This document shows positions 27,445 to 35,785 of a stretch of 64,000 bases of DNA, piece by piece. Source of the stretch: Candidatus Adlerbacteria bacterium. Its GTDB lineage: Bacteria; Patescibacteriota; Minisyncoccia; Phycocordibacterales; SBAW01. The stretch's first letter is position 1; each line of letters opens with the position of its first letter. The notes under the pieces are model-generated. The model was not told the origin of the DNA. It was given only the letters and a program-made list of their open reading frames with translations, and ran no database searches. The stretch lies in contig JAQBRA010000005.1 in assembly GCA_028286685.1 (NCBI GenBank), positions 16,726 to 80,725 of the forward strand. The letters run 5' to 3'. Made by a program: the position numbers and the translations under genes.

Positions 27445-30042
27445 TTAAATCTCTTCAAAGCCCGGTATGAGCGTTACCGTCGTCTGCGCGGTCGCGGTGC
27501 TGGTGCCGTTGGTGCACGAGATCCGGTAGGTACTGGCGGCACTGACCGTAACCGGAGTTTGAATGCCGGAGGAGTTGAGACTGGAAGAAATAACGGCATT
27601 GGTCTGGTCTCGGACCGTGCACGAGGTCATATTAGTGCTCCCCCACAGCAGATAGCTGGTGCCGCCCTTGCGCACGCGTGCCGGGTTGGCGGAGAAAGGC
27701 GGCGACAGCGTCGGTGCACCAACCGAAGGAGCGAGCGTATTGCTATTGAATGAGCCGCCGCTCGTGGGCGTGCAGGTAAGGTAGATCGAGTGGGAGCCTC
27801 CGGAGAGAGCTCCGGCATCGTAACTTCCCGGGTAATTAGCAGCGAGTCCGGTCGCGACCTGGACACTATCTATATAGAGACGGCAGGAATTCGCGGTGAT
27901 ATTTTGGGACGTCCAAGTAAGGTACGCATGATCGCCTGCAGTCTGCGGAGCCGCGCCTGCCAAGGCCAAAGATACAGACGGCTGGACGGCGACAACCGCG
28001 ACTGAAGCATAGTTGTTATAGGCTGTGATGCTGTTAGTTTTTGCCGCACCGTAAAAGGTGTAGGTGCCGGCAGCGCTTGGCGTAAAGGCGTACGTCTTCG
28101 TGGTATTAGGCTGCGTCCAGCAGCTGACATTGTACGGAGTTACATCAGCACACGGAACGCTGGTGACCTGGTCTGAGCCATTGATGGCCGTTGCCGCGAG
28201 CGTATCACCCGAGCCGGCTGCAAAGGTAGCGGTTATGGGAGTCGCAGCTCCTACGGTTACCGTTTTGGTAACGCCGTTCCCTGCCCCGGCATTAATGGTA
28301 ACGGTCGGAATGGAACCAACTACTACCGAAGTCGTGGTTGAAACCTCCCCGCCCATGAGGTCCTGGCAGATTATGGAAAAATTCTGGATGCCGGACTGCG
28401 ACAGTGCGCCGCTGGAAACTGAGCCGGATGTTTGCCCTACAGAAAAGGTCACTTGACCATGGGTGCCAGTAGCACTGCCGGCGCCAGTGGTGGTGGTGCA
28501 AGCAGAAGCACTTCCGCAATAGCCGGTGCCGCCGTATGCAGCATATGAAATACCATCTCCTGTTATGCCGCCTATATACCCGCCGCCGCCGCCGCCAGCG
28601 CCAGTATCAGCACCCTGGTACGGCGAAGCTCCTCCTATATTGCCAGTCGTACCTCCTCCGTCGTTGCCAGCAATTGGAGGGGTTCCTCCTCCGCCCGCCA
28701 AATGCCCGCCATCCGCAGCATAGGCAACCTTAGGCCATAAAGAAAGGATGGATGCTACTCCGTTACCCAGATTTGCAAAAACATCCTCGTGCGGCCCAAA
28801 ACCATAATTAGGACATAAAGAGCCAGTGCCCCCAGCACCTCCACCCGCTGTCAAAAGCTCCGTGCCCCCGGCGTTGCGTATGGCCGATCGTCCGCCGCCA
28901 GAACCGTAGGTAGGGAAATCTGGATATTGACCGTGACCGCCGCCGCCGTACGTTCGAGGACCATTCTTGGTGCCAGCCTGGCCGACAATAACGGTGAGTA
29001 CCTGGCCTGGTGAGACTGCAAGAGTGCCACTAGTATATCCTCCTCTGCCGCCCGGACCTTCACCACCATTGCAGCCAGTGCCTCCCCCTGCTCCCCATGC
29101 CTTAACTAACACAGAAGTAACTCCGGCTGGCACAGTGTAAGTCTGGTCACCTCCCGTATAGGAAAAAGTATTTTGTTGCCCATTGGTCTGCAGCGTCGTC
29201 CCCGCTTGGTTGACGATGCGGCAAGAAGCGGGCACGACCTGGCTGGCGGACCAGGAGAGCGCAGTCGAGCTCCCGACCGGCACTATCGCAGGACTTGCCG
29301 AGAGGCCAAGGACTGCGGTCGATATCTTGACCGGCGTGGTAACTGAGCGCACCGTAGCGGCCCCCGACTTGCAGGTAAGCGTATAGTTTTGTGTAGAGCC
29401 TATGGCGCCAGTAACGCTCGTGGTGGCAGAACCGACAAGGGTCGTACCGCTGTAAATCGTATTACCGCTCGGACCAGTCAGAGTTACATTGTTGGCAAAA
29501 TACTCGGTCTGCGCGCCGACATAGCGGGTGCACGGCTGCGAGCCGTCGATGTAGTTGCGAGTGAGGTACGGCTGGCAGGCATAATCGAGCGTTACCACGT
29601 TGCCGGACCCGACATAGACGTTTGTGCCTGAGCTAGAAACTGCACCGCCTTTCTGTACGATACTGGCGCTGTTTTGGAGCGTGGACTTGGCGCTCAGGGC
29701 GCCTACGTACGGATCAATGCAGATAGTGCTCTGCCAGCAGTAATGCGCCCCGCAGCCGTAGCTTGCGCCCGAATCCTGCGCATAGACCGTGTAGTCGTTG
29801 AGCGGGTTGGGGTACCCGCCGTCGTAGGTCGTAAAGTAGGCTACCGCTGCGGTGTTGGCAGTTTGAGCCGTGCCATTGATATTTTGTATGGCGAGCCTGA
29901 GCGATTCCGGCAGCGGGAGGTACCCCGAGAACGCCAAAGCCGCAGCCACCAAAAGGAAGGCTGCGGCGCTAGCAGGGACCAATACTGCAAGTCCCCCATT
30001 TTTAAGTTTTTCTATCAATCCGCGCAGGCTCATGGTACCCAA
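27445..30042 (-). CDS. Large secreted/cell-surface protein B: same N-terminal Cys/His module as protein A, Ig-like domains and a polyglycine (ALK/LTK Gly-rich-like) domain
   Basis: 865 aa; AVAYFTTYDGGYPNPLND..YGCGAHYCWQS..TLDYACQPY..NYIDGSQPC; Gly-rich region TYTVPAGVTSVLVKAWGAGGGTGCNGGEGPGGRGGY..VSPGQVLTVIVGQAG; C-terminus ..LIPGFEEI. Confidence 0.6.
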   Translation of the reverse strand: MGTMSLRGLIEKLKNGGLAVLVPASAAAFLLVAAALAFSGYLPLPESLRLAIQNINGTAQTANTAAVAYFTTYDGGYPNPLNDYTVYAQDSGASYGCGAHYCWQSTICIDPYVGALSAKSTLQNSASIVQKGGAVSSSGTNVYVGSGNVVTLDYACQPYLTRNYIDGSQPCTRYVGAQTEYFANNVTLTGPSGNTIYSGTTLVGSATTSVTGAIGSTQNYTLTCKSGAATVRSVTTPVKISTAVLGLSASPAIVPVGSSTALSWSASQVVPASCRIVNQAGTTLQTNGQQNTFSYTGGDQTYTVPAGVTSVLVKAWGAGGGTGCNGGEGPGGRGGYTSGTLAVSPGQVLTVIVGQAGTKNGPRTYGGGGHGQYPDFPTYGSGGGRSAIRNAGGTELLTAGGGAGGTGSLCPNYGFGPHEDVFANLGNGVASILSLWPKVAYAADGGHLAGGGGTPPIAGNDGGGTTGNIGGASPYQGADTGAGGGGGGYIGGITGDGISYAAYGGTGYCGSASACTTTTGAGSATGTHGQVTFSVGQTSGSVSSGALSQSGIQNFSIICQDLMGGEVSTTTSVVVGSIPTVTINAGAGNGVTKTVTVGAATPITATFAAGSGDTLAATAINGSDQVTSVPCADVTPYNVSCWTQPNTTKTYAFTPSAAGTYTFYGAAKTNSITAYNNYASVAVVAVQPSVSLALAGAAPQTAGDHAYLTWTSQNITANSCRLYIDSVQVATGLAANYPGSYDAGALSGGSHSIYLTCTPTSGGSFNSNTLAPSVGAPTLSPPFSANPARVRKGGTSYLLWGSTNMTSCTVRDQTNAVISSSLNSSGIQTPVTVSAASTYRISCTNGTSTATAQTTVTLIPGFEEI

Positions 30043-30090
30043 GAAGTATATACCCTCTTAAAATCCCTAAAACAGCGCTGCTCTGGATTA

Positions 30091-30897
30091 TTAGCGGATC
30101 TCGTAGGTAACGGAGACGTTGCTCGTAACCTTGTTCTGCCCTACCGAGATGTCCGGAGCGGACTTAGCATCCATGGCCTGGCTCATAACCTCGGCACCGC
30201 GGCCGTACGCCATCGGCACCGGATAGCCCGAGCCGCTCTCGCTGAAGGACACGACGCGGACAATGGAGACGCCGAGCTGGCGGGCCAATTCATCGGCCTT
30301 GGCCTTGGCGTCAGCGATAGCCTTCTGCCTTGCCTCATCCTGAACCTGGTTCGGATCGTCAAAAGTAAAGTTGAGGCCGGAAACCTCGGTAGCGCCCGCA
30401 GACCCTACCCCGCCCAAGAGCTCCCCTGCCTTTTCAGTATCGCGAACCTTAACGGTAGTTGTCTGGCGCACCTGGTAGCCGCGCAAGACCTGCTCGCCGC
30501 CGGGGCAGTAACCCTGGGCGCATGCCTTCTGTACGTAGTCGTACATCGGGGACACGGAGTAATCGCTGGTCTGGATATCTTTCTCCTCGATGCCCGCAGA
30601 CTTTAGGTACTCGGTCGTGGCATTGGCCTTAGCAGTCGCATCGGCCTGAGCTGCGGCCACGGTCGGCTTCTCCGACATGACGCTAAAGCTGAAGGTCGCA
30701 ATATCGGGAACCGCCACAGCCTCGCCGTAGCCGGATACGTTGATAGTGTTGCCCGCAGCAATGCCAGCGCCGATATAGCGCAGGCCCATGAGCCCGGCAA
30801 CTACCTGAATGCCCAAAAACACGACCAGGAGTATAACGCCCGCCACGATAAACTTGCGCAACCGCTCCCCTGCCGAACCCTCGAATAAAGCGTTCAT
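30091..30897 (-). CDS. SIMPL (DUF541) domain periplasmic/surface protein with N-terminal TM anchor
   Basis: 268 aa; ..VSGYGEAVAVPDIATFSFSV..GQNKVTSNVSVTYEI typical of the SIMPL / 26-kDa periplasmic immunogenic protein family. Confidence 0.7.
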   Translation of the reverse strand: MNALFEGSAGERLRKFIVAGVILLVVFLGIQVVAGLMGLRYIGAGIAAGNTINVSGYGEAVAVPDIATFSFSVMSEKPTVAAAQADATAKANATTEYLKSAGIEEKDIQTSDYSVSPMYDYVQKACAQGYCPGGEQVLRGYQVRQTTTVKVRDTEKAGELLGGVGSAGATEVSGLNFTFDDPNQVQDEARQKAIADAKAKADELARQLGVSIVRVVSFSESGSGYPVPMAYGRGAEVMSQAMDAKSAPDISVGQNKVTSNVSVTYEIR

Positions 30898-30983
30898 ATT
30901 GATATGAAATGCTAATTAATAAGTAGCTTCTCAACTACTGACGCGCAGGCACAGCTTGGATTACCGGAGCGGCGCTCTTGGGG

Positions 30984-31703
30984 CTATTTCTTATTCTTAA
31001 TAGCCTCTATGACCGACATGAACTGCTGGTACGGCAAGGCGCCCGAGATCGGCACTGCCGCGCCGTTGCCATAGACGACCGTGTACGGCGTACCTTGGGC
31101 TCCGGCGACCTGCGCGTCGGCGGATTCCTGGTTTATTTTGGCGTCGTACTTGTTAGAGGACACGCACGACATGTATTTTGCCGTGTCCGCCCCGAGCTGG
31201 CCGGCAAGCGCCAAATAGCGCGCGGGGCCCATATTCTCCTGGTCGGTAAACATCGACTCGGTAAACTTCCACCAGCCGTCATTACCAAGCTGTTCGGTAA
31301 TGCACTCGGCGGCCTGCGCTGCGGGGCGCGCCTCCGGATGGATGCTTTCAAGCGGCAAGTGGCGCATGACCCAGGCTATCTGGCCCTGGCTCTCGTCTAC
31401 GATGCGCTTGATGGTCGGGTACGCCTGCATGCAGTAGTAGCACTGGAAGTCCGAGTACTCGATAAGCACGATAGGCGCCGTCGGAGAGCCGATGATGTGG
31501 TCGTCGGCCGTGGGGGCAGGCACCTGGGTAGAGGCGGGCAGTATGGAATTGGTGTCAGATGCGCTTGAGGTGCCCTGGTTGGTAAAAATAATGGCGCCCG
31601 CTATGAGCACTCCGGCAATAAGGATGGACAGCGACGGGGAAAACTCCAGCTTTTTCAAATCAATCATGACCCTATCGTACCACCTCCTCTTTAGCCTTGT
31701 CAT
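30984..31703 (-). CDS. DsbA-family thiol:disulfide oxidoreductase (thioredoxin fold), membrane-anchored
   Basis: 239 aa, N-terminal TM helix, active site SDFQCYYCMQAY (CxxC). Confidence 0.65.
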   Translation of the reverse strand: MTRLKRRWYDRVMIDLKKLEFSPSLSILIAGVLIAGAIIFTNQGTSSASDTNSILPASTQVPAPTADDHIIGSPTAPIVLIEYSDFQCYYCMQAYPTIKRIVDESQGQIAWVMRHLPLESIHPEARPAAQAAECITEQLGNDGWWKFTESMFTDQENMGPARYLALAGQLGADTAKYMSCVSSNKYDAKINQESADAQVAGAQGTPYTVVYGNGAAVPISGALPYQQFMSVIEAIKNKK

Positions 31704-32118
31704 GCTTTAACAGGTCGCGGATCTCCTCCAAGAGGCGCACGTCCTCGGGCTTCTCGTGTGCCGGCATCTCCTCTTCCTCGTGGCGCTCAAAAATACGCTT
31801 GCGCATCGTCGACAGGGCCTTGAACACGATAAATATCGATACCGAGACTATTAGGAAGTTAAACAGCGCCTGCAGAAAGGCCCCGTATTTAATGACAAGG
31901 TCGGGCCGCAGCGCGACCGAGAGCGTCTTGAAGTCGACATTGTTGGTAACCAGGCCCAGGAACGGCGTAATGATATCCCCCACCAGGGAGTTAACGACGC
32001 CCGTAAAGGCGTTACCAATGACAACGGCAATCGCGAGCTCGAAGGCATTGCCCTTGACCGCAAAGCTCCGAAACTCCGCAAAAAAGCTTCTGGTTGATGC
32101 AATAACGTTTTTTGTCAT
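31672..32118 (-). CDS. mscL: Large-conductance mechanosensitive channel MscL
   Basis: 148 aa; FAEFRSFAVKGNAFELAIAVVIGNAF..VGDIITPF. Confidence 0.85.
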   Translation of the reverse strand: MTKNVIASTRSFFAEFRSFAVKGNAFELAIAVVIGNAFTGVVNSLVGDIITPFLGLVTNNVDFKTLSVALRPDLVIKYGAFLQALFNFLIVSVSIFIVFKALSTMRKRIFERHEEEEMPAHEKPEDVRLLEEIRDLLKHDKAKEEVVR

Positions 32119-32121
32119 GTG

Positions 32122-32613
32122 TTATTTTTTTCCCTGCAATTGCTCTATGTCCTGCATGAGCCTTCCGAGGCCCTCGCGAATCTCGGCAAGCGTCTTGTGG
32201 TCGGCCTCCTCGCGCGCCTCGTCCTCCTTGTCCTCCTCGCTCAGCTCCTCGACATCCTCGGCGATCTCGTCCACGTCTTCGGCGATTTCATCGACATCCT
32301 CAGCAATCTCATCGACGTCCTCCTGGATCTCGTCAATATCTTCCTGGATTTCGTCGATATCCTGCTCGACTTCCTCGATGGCCGCCTGCTGGATGTTGAT
32401 CGTCATCTGGATGAATATGGAAAGATAGATCGCCTCCAGGGACACCAGGGTGGTAAGCACCAAGAGCATGCGGTCGAACGGAACGAACCCGAAGAACACC
32501 GCGGCAAAGCTGCCGCCGAACAGTATCGTATGGAGGATGATGGACTGCAAAGAGCCGACCCACCCGGTAATGGCGAGCGCCGTTTTTTGGATTTTTGTCT
32601 TTTCGATCGCCAT
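32122..32613 (-). CDS. DUF1003-family membrane protein with an acidic heptad-repeat C-terminal tail
   Basis: 163 aa; two TM helices, then EDIDEIQEDIDEIQEDVDEIAEDVDEIAEDVDEIAEDVEEL. Confidence 0.55.
   Translation of the reverse strand: MAIEKTKIQKTALAITGWVGSLQSIILHTILFGGSFAAVFFGFVPFDRMLLVLTTLVSLEAIYLSIFIQMTINIQQAAIEEVEQDIDEIQEDIDEIQEDVDEIAEDVDEIAEDVDEIAEDVEELSEEDKEDEAREEADHKTLAEIREGLGRLMQDIEQLQGKK
32251..32376. repeat. Six imperfect tandem 21-bp repeats (in-frame, coding DxDEIxE heptads)
   Basis: gacatcctcggcgatctcgtc / cacgtcttcggcgatttcatc / gacatcctcagcaatctcatc / gacgtcctcctggatctcgtc / aatatcttcctggatttcgtc / gatatcctgctcgacttcctc. Confidence 0.7.
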
Positions 32614-32824
32614 ATAATCTTATGTCTATCTTACACCTTTGAACGATGGGCTCGGTCACAAATAACTTTTTGCCGTCGCAAAAAGTTTTTGCGACCCCGC
32701 CTCGCGGCCGTGCCATTGCACGGCAACGCTGCGGCTTTCGAGTCCCAACGTAAGCAGCTCAAGCTGCTTACTTCGATCACCCTTGCGGCACGCAAAACCC
32801 GGCTGACGCCGGGCTTGCCGCAAG

Positions 32825-32897
32825 GGTGATCGATGGGACTCGAACCCACAACAACTGGTACCACAAACCAGGGCTCTACCATTGAGCTACGACCACC
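32825..32897 (-). tRNA. tRNA-His (GTG) with genome-encoded G-1; no encoded CCA
   Basis: G-GTGGTCG TA GCTC AATGGTA GAGC C CTGGT TTGTGGT ACCAG TTGTT GTGGG TTCGAGT CCCAT CGATCAC C; acceptor pairs perfectly with one G-U; C73 discriminator. Confidence 0.85.
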
Positions 32898-32937
32898 AGA
32901 GCCCTCAATATAATGATTTTTCGGGAAAAAGTCGAGA

Positions 32938-33918
32938 CTACACGCGCACCGACAGCTCGCGGCGCGAGGAGTAATACGCCAGGGAAACAAACACGAGGCC
33001 GATGAGTCCCGTCACCGCTTCGGGCACGTGCGCGATAATGCCCACGAGCATCGAGAGTCCGAGTCCGAGTATCGCCCAGTGCGCGCCATGCTCGAGGTAT
33101 TTAAGCGCCTCAAGCGTATGCTGGCGCACGAAATAGAGCGTAATGGAGCGCACGAAATAGGCGCCGATGCCGAGGCCCACGAATATGATGAGGATATCGC
33201 TCGTAAGGGCGAACGCGCCGACGACGCCGTCGAGCGAGAAAGCCGAATCAAGCACGTTAAGGTATACGAAGAGTGACGCCCCGCCTATAGCAACCCCGGT
33301 CTCGCCCACCTCGAGGCTCGAGGTGATGCCCTGCATCGCAACGAAGGTGAGGAGCCCGATGCAGCCCGCAAAGAGCACCGTGCCTTGCTCGCCGGAGAAA
33401 TGCGCGAGCGCGAGCAAGGTCGTGAGAGCCACGGCTATTTCAATCGCCTCTATCCTCCCCCATCGCGCCAAGCGGCGCTCGATACCCGCTATCCAGTGCA
33501 CATCCTTGGCCGTATCGAAGAAGTACTTGAGCGACACCATAAGCAGAAACATGCCGCCGAAGGCGTTAATGGCATGGGAAGCGCCTGAGAGCAAAGCGCC
33601 GTACGCAGCAGGGTCACTGAACGCCAGCGCAAACGCGCTCCACGGCAGTATTCCGGCCGCGATGCTGACAATGAGCGCCGGGAGCACCAAGCGCGTGCCG
33701 AAGACGGCAACCAGTATGCCCCAGGTCAAAAAGCGCTTCTGCCAGGTGGCATCCATGCGCGCCAGGACTTTTGCGTTGACGACCGCGTTGTCAAACGAGA
33801 GCGTGATCTCGAGAATGGACAAAAGAAGCGCGAGAAAAAATGCTGCAAGCCCGCCCCACAAGAAGACGGCGGCAAGGGCGATAATGGAAACAGCTATCGG
33901 GGCGATGAAAATACGCAT
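32938..33918 (-). CDS. TerC/DUF475-family integral membrane protein
   Basis: 326 aa polytopic; LSFDNAVV motif typical of the TerC/DUF475 family. Confidence 0.5.
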   Translation of the reverse strand: MRIFIAPIAVSIIALAAVFLWGGLAAFFLALLLSILEITLSFDNAVVNAKVLARMDATWQKRFLTWGILVAVFGTRLVLPALIVSIAAGILPWSAFALAFSDPAAYGALLSGASHAINAFGGMFLLMVSLKYFFDTAKDVHWIAGIERRLARWGRIEAIEIAVALTTLLALAHFSGEQGTVLFAGCIGLLTFVAMQGITSSLEVGETGVAIGGASLFVYLNVLDSAFSLDGVVGAFALTSDILIIFVGLGIGAYFVRSITLYFVRQHTLEALKYLEHGAHWAILGLGLSMLVGIIAHVPEAVTGLIGLVFVSLAYYSSRRELSVRV

Positions 33919-33982
33919 GAGGGTTATAGTAGCACCCCCTGGTAAAAATCTGCAGAATCCTTATAATCAGCAGGTTCGACAT

Positions 33983-34069
33983 GCCCAGGTGGCGAAATTG
34001 GTAGACGCACTACCTTGAGGTGGTAGCCCCGGCAACGGGTTGGAGGTTCAAGTCCTCTCCTGGGCACCA
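33983..34069 (+). tRNA. tRNA-Leu (GAG), long variable arm, CCA encoded
   Basis: GCCCAGG TG GCGAAATTGGTAGACGC ACTACC TTGAGGT GGTAG CCCCGGCAACGGGTT GGAGG TTCAAGT CCTCT CCTGGGC A CCA. Confidence 0.85.
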
Positions 34070-34075
34070 AGGCAT

Positions 34076-34114
34076 GCAAAAGAAAAAACCGGCATCAGCC
34101 GGTTTTTTCTTTTG
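34076..34114. terminator. Bidirectional rho-independent terminator (tRNA-Leu / rplS)
   Basis: gcaaaagaaaaaaccggcatcagccggttttttcttttg: perfect long hairpin with A/T arms. Confidence 0.7.
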
Positions 34115-34121
34115 TTTGTTA

Positions 34122-34607
34122 TTACTCCTGGGTTGCGGTTGCCTCCTGAGTATCTGCCTCGACAACCTCCTCGGCTGCAGCCTCTTCGGCCAGCTGCTTC
34201 TTGCTCGGCTCGACGGAGAGCTGGCGGCGCATAGCGCGCTTCTGGTCGCGGGCGGCCTTGTCGCGGATAAAGTAAAGCTTGGCGCGGCGGGTACGGGTGC
34301 GGCGCAAAACCTCGACAGAGTCGATCATGGGAGAGTACAGCGGGAAGATCTTCTCTACTCCGATGCCGCCGGAAACCTTGCGGACCGTAAAGGTGGCTCC
34401 CGCCTCGGTACCGTGCTTAACGGCCAAGACGAGGCCCTCAAACGCCTGCTTGCGGACGTTCTTGGTCGTAACCTCCTTCTTGTTGGCGCCCTTGCCGGTC
34501 TTAAGCTCGACGATGTTCTGCCAGACACGGACCGTGTCCCCGGAACGGATTCCGAGATTCTTGCGGTCTTCCATGACCACTGGGCTGGTTTTTACTGCGG
34601 ATTTCAT
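34122..34607 (-). CDS. rplS: 50S ribosomal protein L19 with a C-terminal acidic/Ala-rich extension
   Basis: ..GDTVRVWQNIVE..KQAFEGLVLAVKHG..FTVRKVSGGIGVEKIFPLYSPMIDSVEVLRRTRTRRAKLYFIRD; start taken at the internal M (MKSAVK). Confidence 0.85.
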   Translation of the reverse strand: MKSAVKTSPVVMEDRKNLGIRSGDTVRVWQNIVELKTGKGANKKEVTTKNVRKQAFEGLVLAVKHGTEAGATFTVRKVSGGIGVEKIFPLYSPMIDSVEVLRRTRTRRAKLYFIRDKAARDQKRAMRRQLSVEPSKKQLAEEAAAEEVVEADTQEATATQE

Positions 34608-34632
34608 ATTGCTCAAAGACTTTAACACAGGG

Positions 34633-35319
34633 CTAGGCGCTTCGCAATTCCCCCTCTGCGGCCAGGAAGTCGGCAGGAAGCGGCGCCACATGGGTCATTT
34701 CCTCGCCATTGGGATGCACAAAGGAGAGCGAGAAGGCATGGAGCGCCAGGCGCTCAAAGCCAAAAAGCGGCGCCCGGCCCGTGCCATACAGCCGGTCAGC
34801 CAATATAGGACGGCCCACCGAGGCGAAGTGCACGCGGATCTGGTGGGTGCGGCCGGTCTTCGGATACACCTCGACATAGCTCGCGGGCTCTATACCAGCT
34901 GCCGCATCGAGCGGCTGCTGCTTGAGCACCTTATACATAGTGACCGCGTCGCGCTGCACCCCGTAGGAGAGCTTGGCCGAGCGCGGGCCGGACCCCCCGC
35001 GGCTGGAGCCTATCGGCTTATCGATAATCCCCCGCACTTCCTTGAAGGTGCCGTGCACGAACGCGCGGTACGTCTTGCGCGTCTCGCGGTTCTTAAACTG
35101 CTCTTTGAGGAATTCAAACGTTGCCTCGGTCTTGGCGATAACCAAGACGCCAGTCGTTTCCCTATCGATGCGGTGCACGAAGTGGTACTCGGGGTATTTC
35201 TTGTCGAGCCAATAGGAAAGGGCCGGATAGTCGTGCCGGCCGTCGGGGTAGACGATCATCCCCGACGGCTTGTTAACGACCACAAGCTCGTCATCTTCGT
35301 ATAAAATAGTAGGCTCCAT
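34633..35319 (-). CDS. RluA-family pseudouridine synthase
   Basis: 228 aa; ..VVNKPSGMIVYP..HRIDRETTGVLVIAK..(HRLD motif)..THQIRVH.. Confidence 0.8.
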   Translation of the reverse strand: MEPTILYEDDELVVVNKPSGMIVYPDGRHDYPALSYWLDKKYPEYHFVHRIDRETTGVLVIAKTEATFEFLKEQFKNRETRKTYRAFVHGTFKEVRGIIDKPIGSSRGGSGPRSAKLSYGVQRDAVTMYKVLKQQPLDAAAGIEPASYVEVYPKTGRTHQIRVHFASVGRPILADRLYGTGRAPLFGFERLALHAFSLSFVHPNGEEMTHVAPLPADFLAAEGELRSA

Positions 35320-35427
35320 ATCAACTATTTAACACAAAAATGTCGATGTTGCAATACGTTGTTTTTCACAAAAGAAAAGGGCGGTGGTGGATTTCTCCAA
35401 CAACCGCCCTGCAATCCTTCACTTTCT

Positions 35428-35526
35428 TCAACTTAAGACCAACACCAAGCCGCCGGTCACCGCAATATAAGAGCCATAAACTTGGAATGAGAAATCGCTA
35501 ACCAGACGCTTGACCAAATTGAACAT
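35428..35526 (-). CDS. Candidate small hydrophobic peptide (32 aa)
   Basis: MFNLVKRLVSDFSFQVYGSYIAVTGGLVLVLS with a strong RBS (GGAGGA 5 nt upstream of the ATG). Not in the ORF track (<60 aa). No support beyond the RBS and hydrophobicity. Confidence 0.25.
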   Translation of the reverse strand: MFNLVKRLVSDFSFQVYGSYIAVTGGLVLVLS

Positions 35527-35640
35527 GACTTCCTCCGTTAAAAGGCTTAAGGCCATCCCCTAAACCGAATCTCTAGATATAGTATACACCCAATAGTATT
35601 GTTTGTCAAGTGTCTCTCCCCTCTTGAAAGATAAGCACAA

Positions 35641-35666
35641 AACCTCCCGCAGGGGAGGTTTTTTCT
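35641..35666. terminator. Hairpin terminator flanking tRNA-Val
   Basis: aacctcccgcaggggaggttttttc; minus-strand reading gives cctcccctgcgggagg ttttgtgc, which abuts the tRNA 3' end. Confidence 0.55.
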
Positions 35667-35670
35667 TCTG

Positions 35671-35743
35671 TGGGCGATACAGGACTTGAACCTGTGACCT
35701 TCTCTGTGTAAAAGAGTTGCTCTACCAACTGAGCTAATCGCCC
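35671..35743 (-). tRNA. tRNA-Val (TAC); no encoded CCA
   Basis: GGGCGAT TA GCTC AGTTGGTA GAGC A ACTCT TTTACAC AGAGA AGGTC ACAGG TTCAAGT CCTGT ATCGCCC A. Confidence 0.85.
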
Positions 35744-35785
35744 TTGTCCTTAGTTATACTGATTTTAAGGAAATTGTCACTAGTC

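Noticed and set aside
32251-32376. Possible CRISPR array (regular ~21-nt repeats)
   Set aside because: The repeats are contiguous with no spacers, in-frame inside a CDS, and encode an amino-acid heptad. No cas genes nearby.
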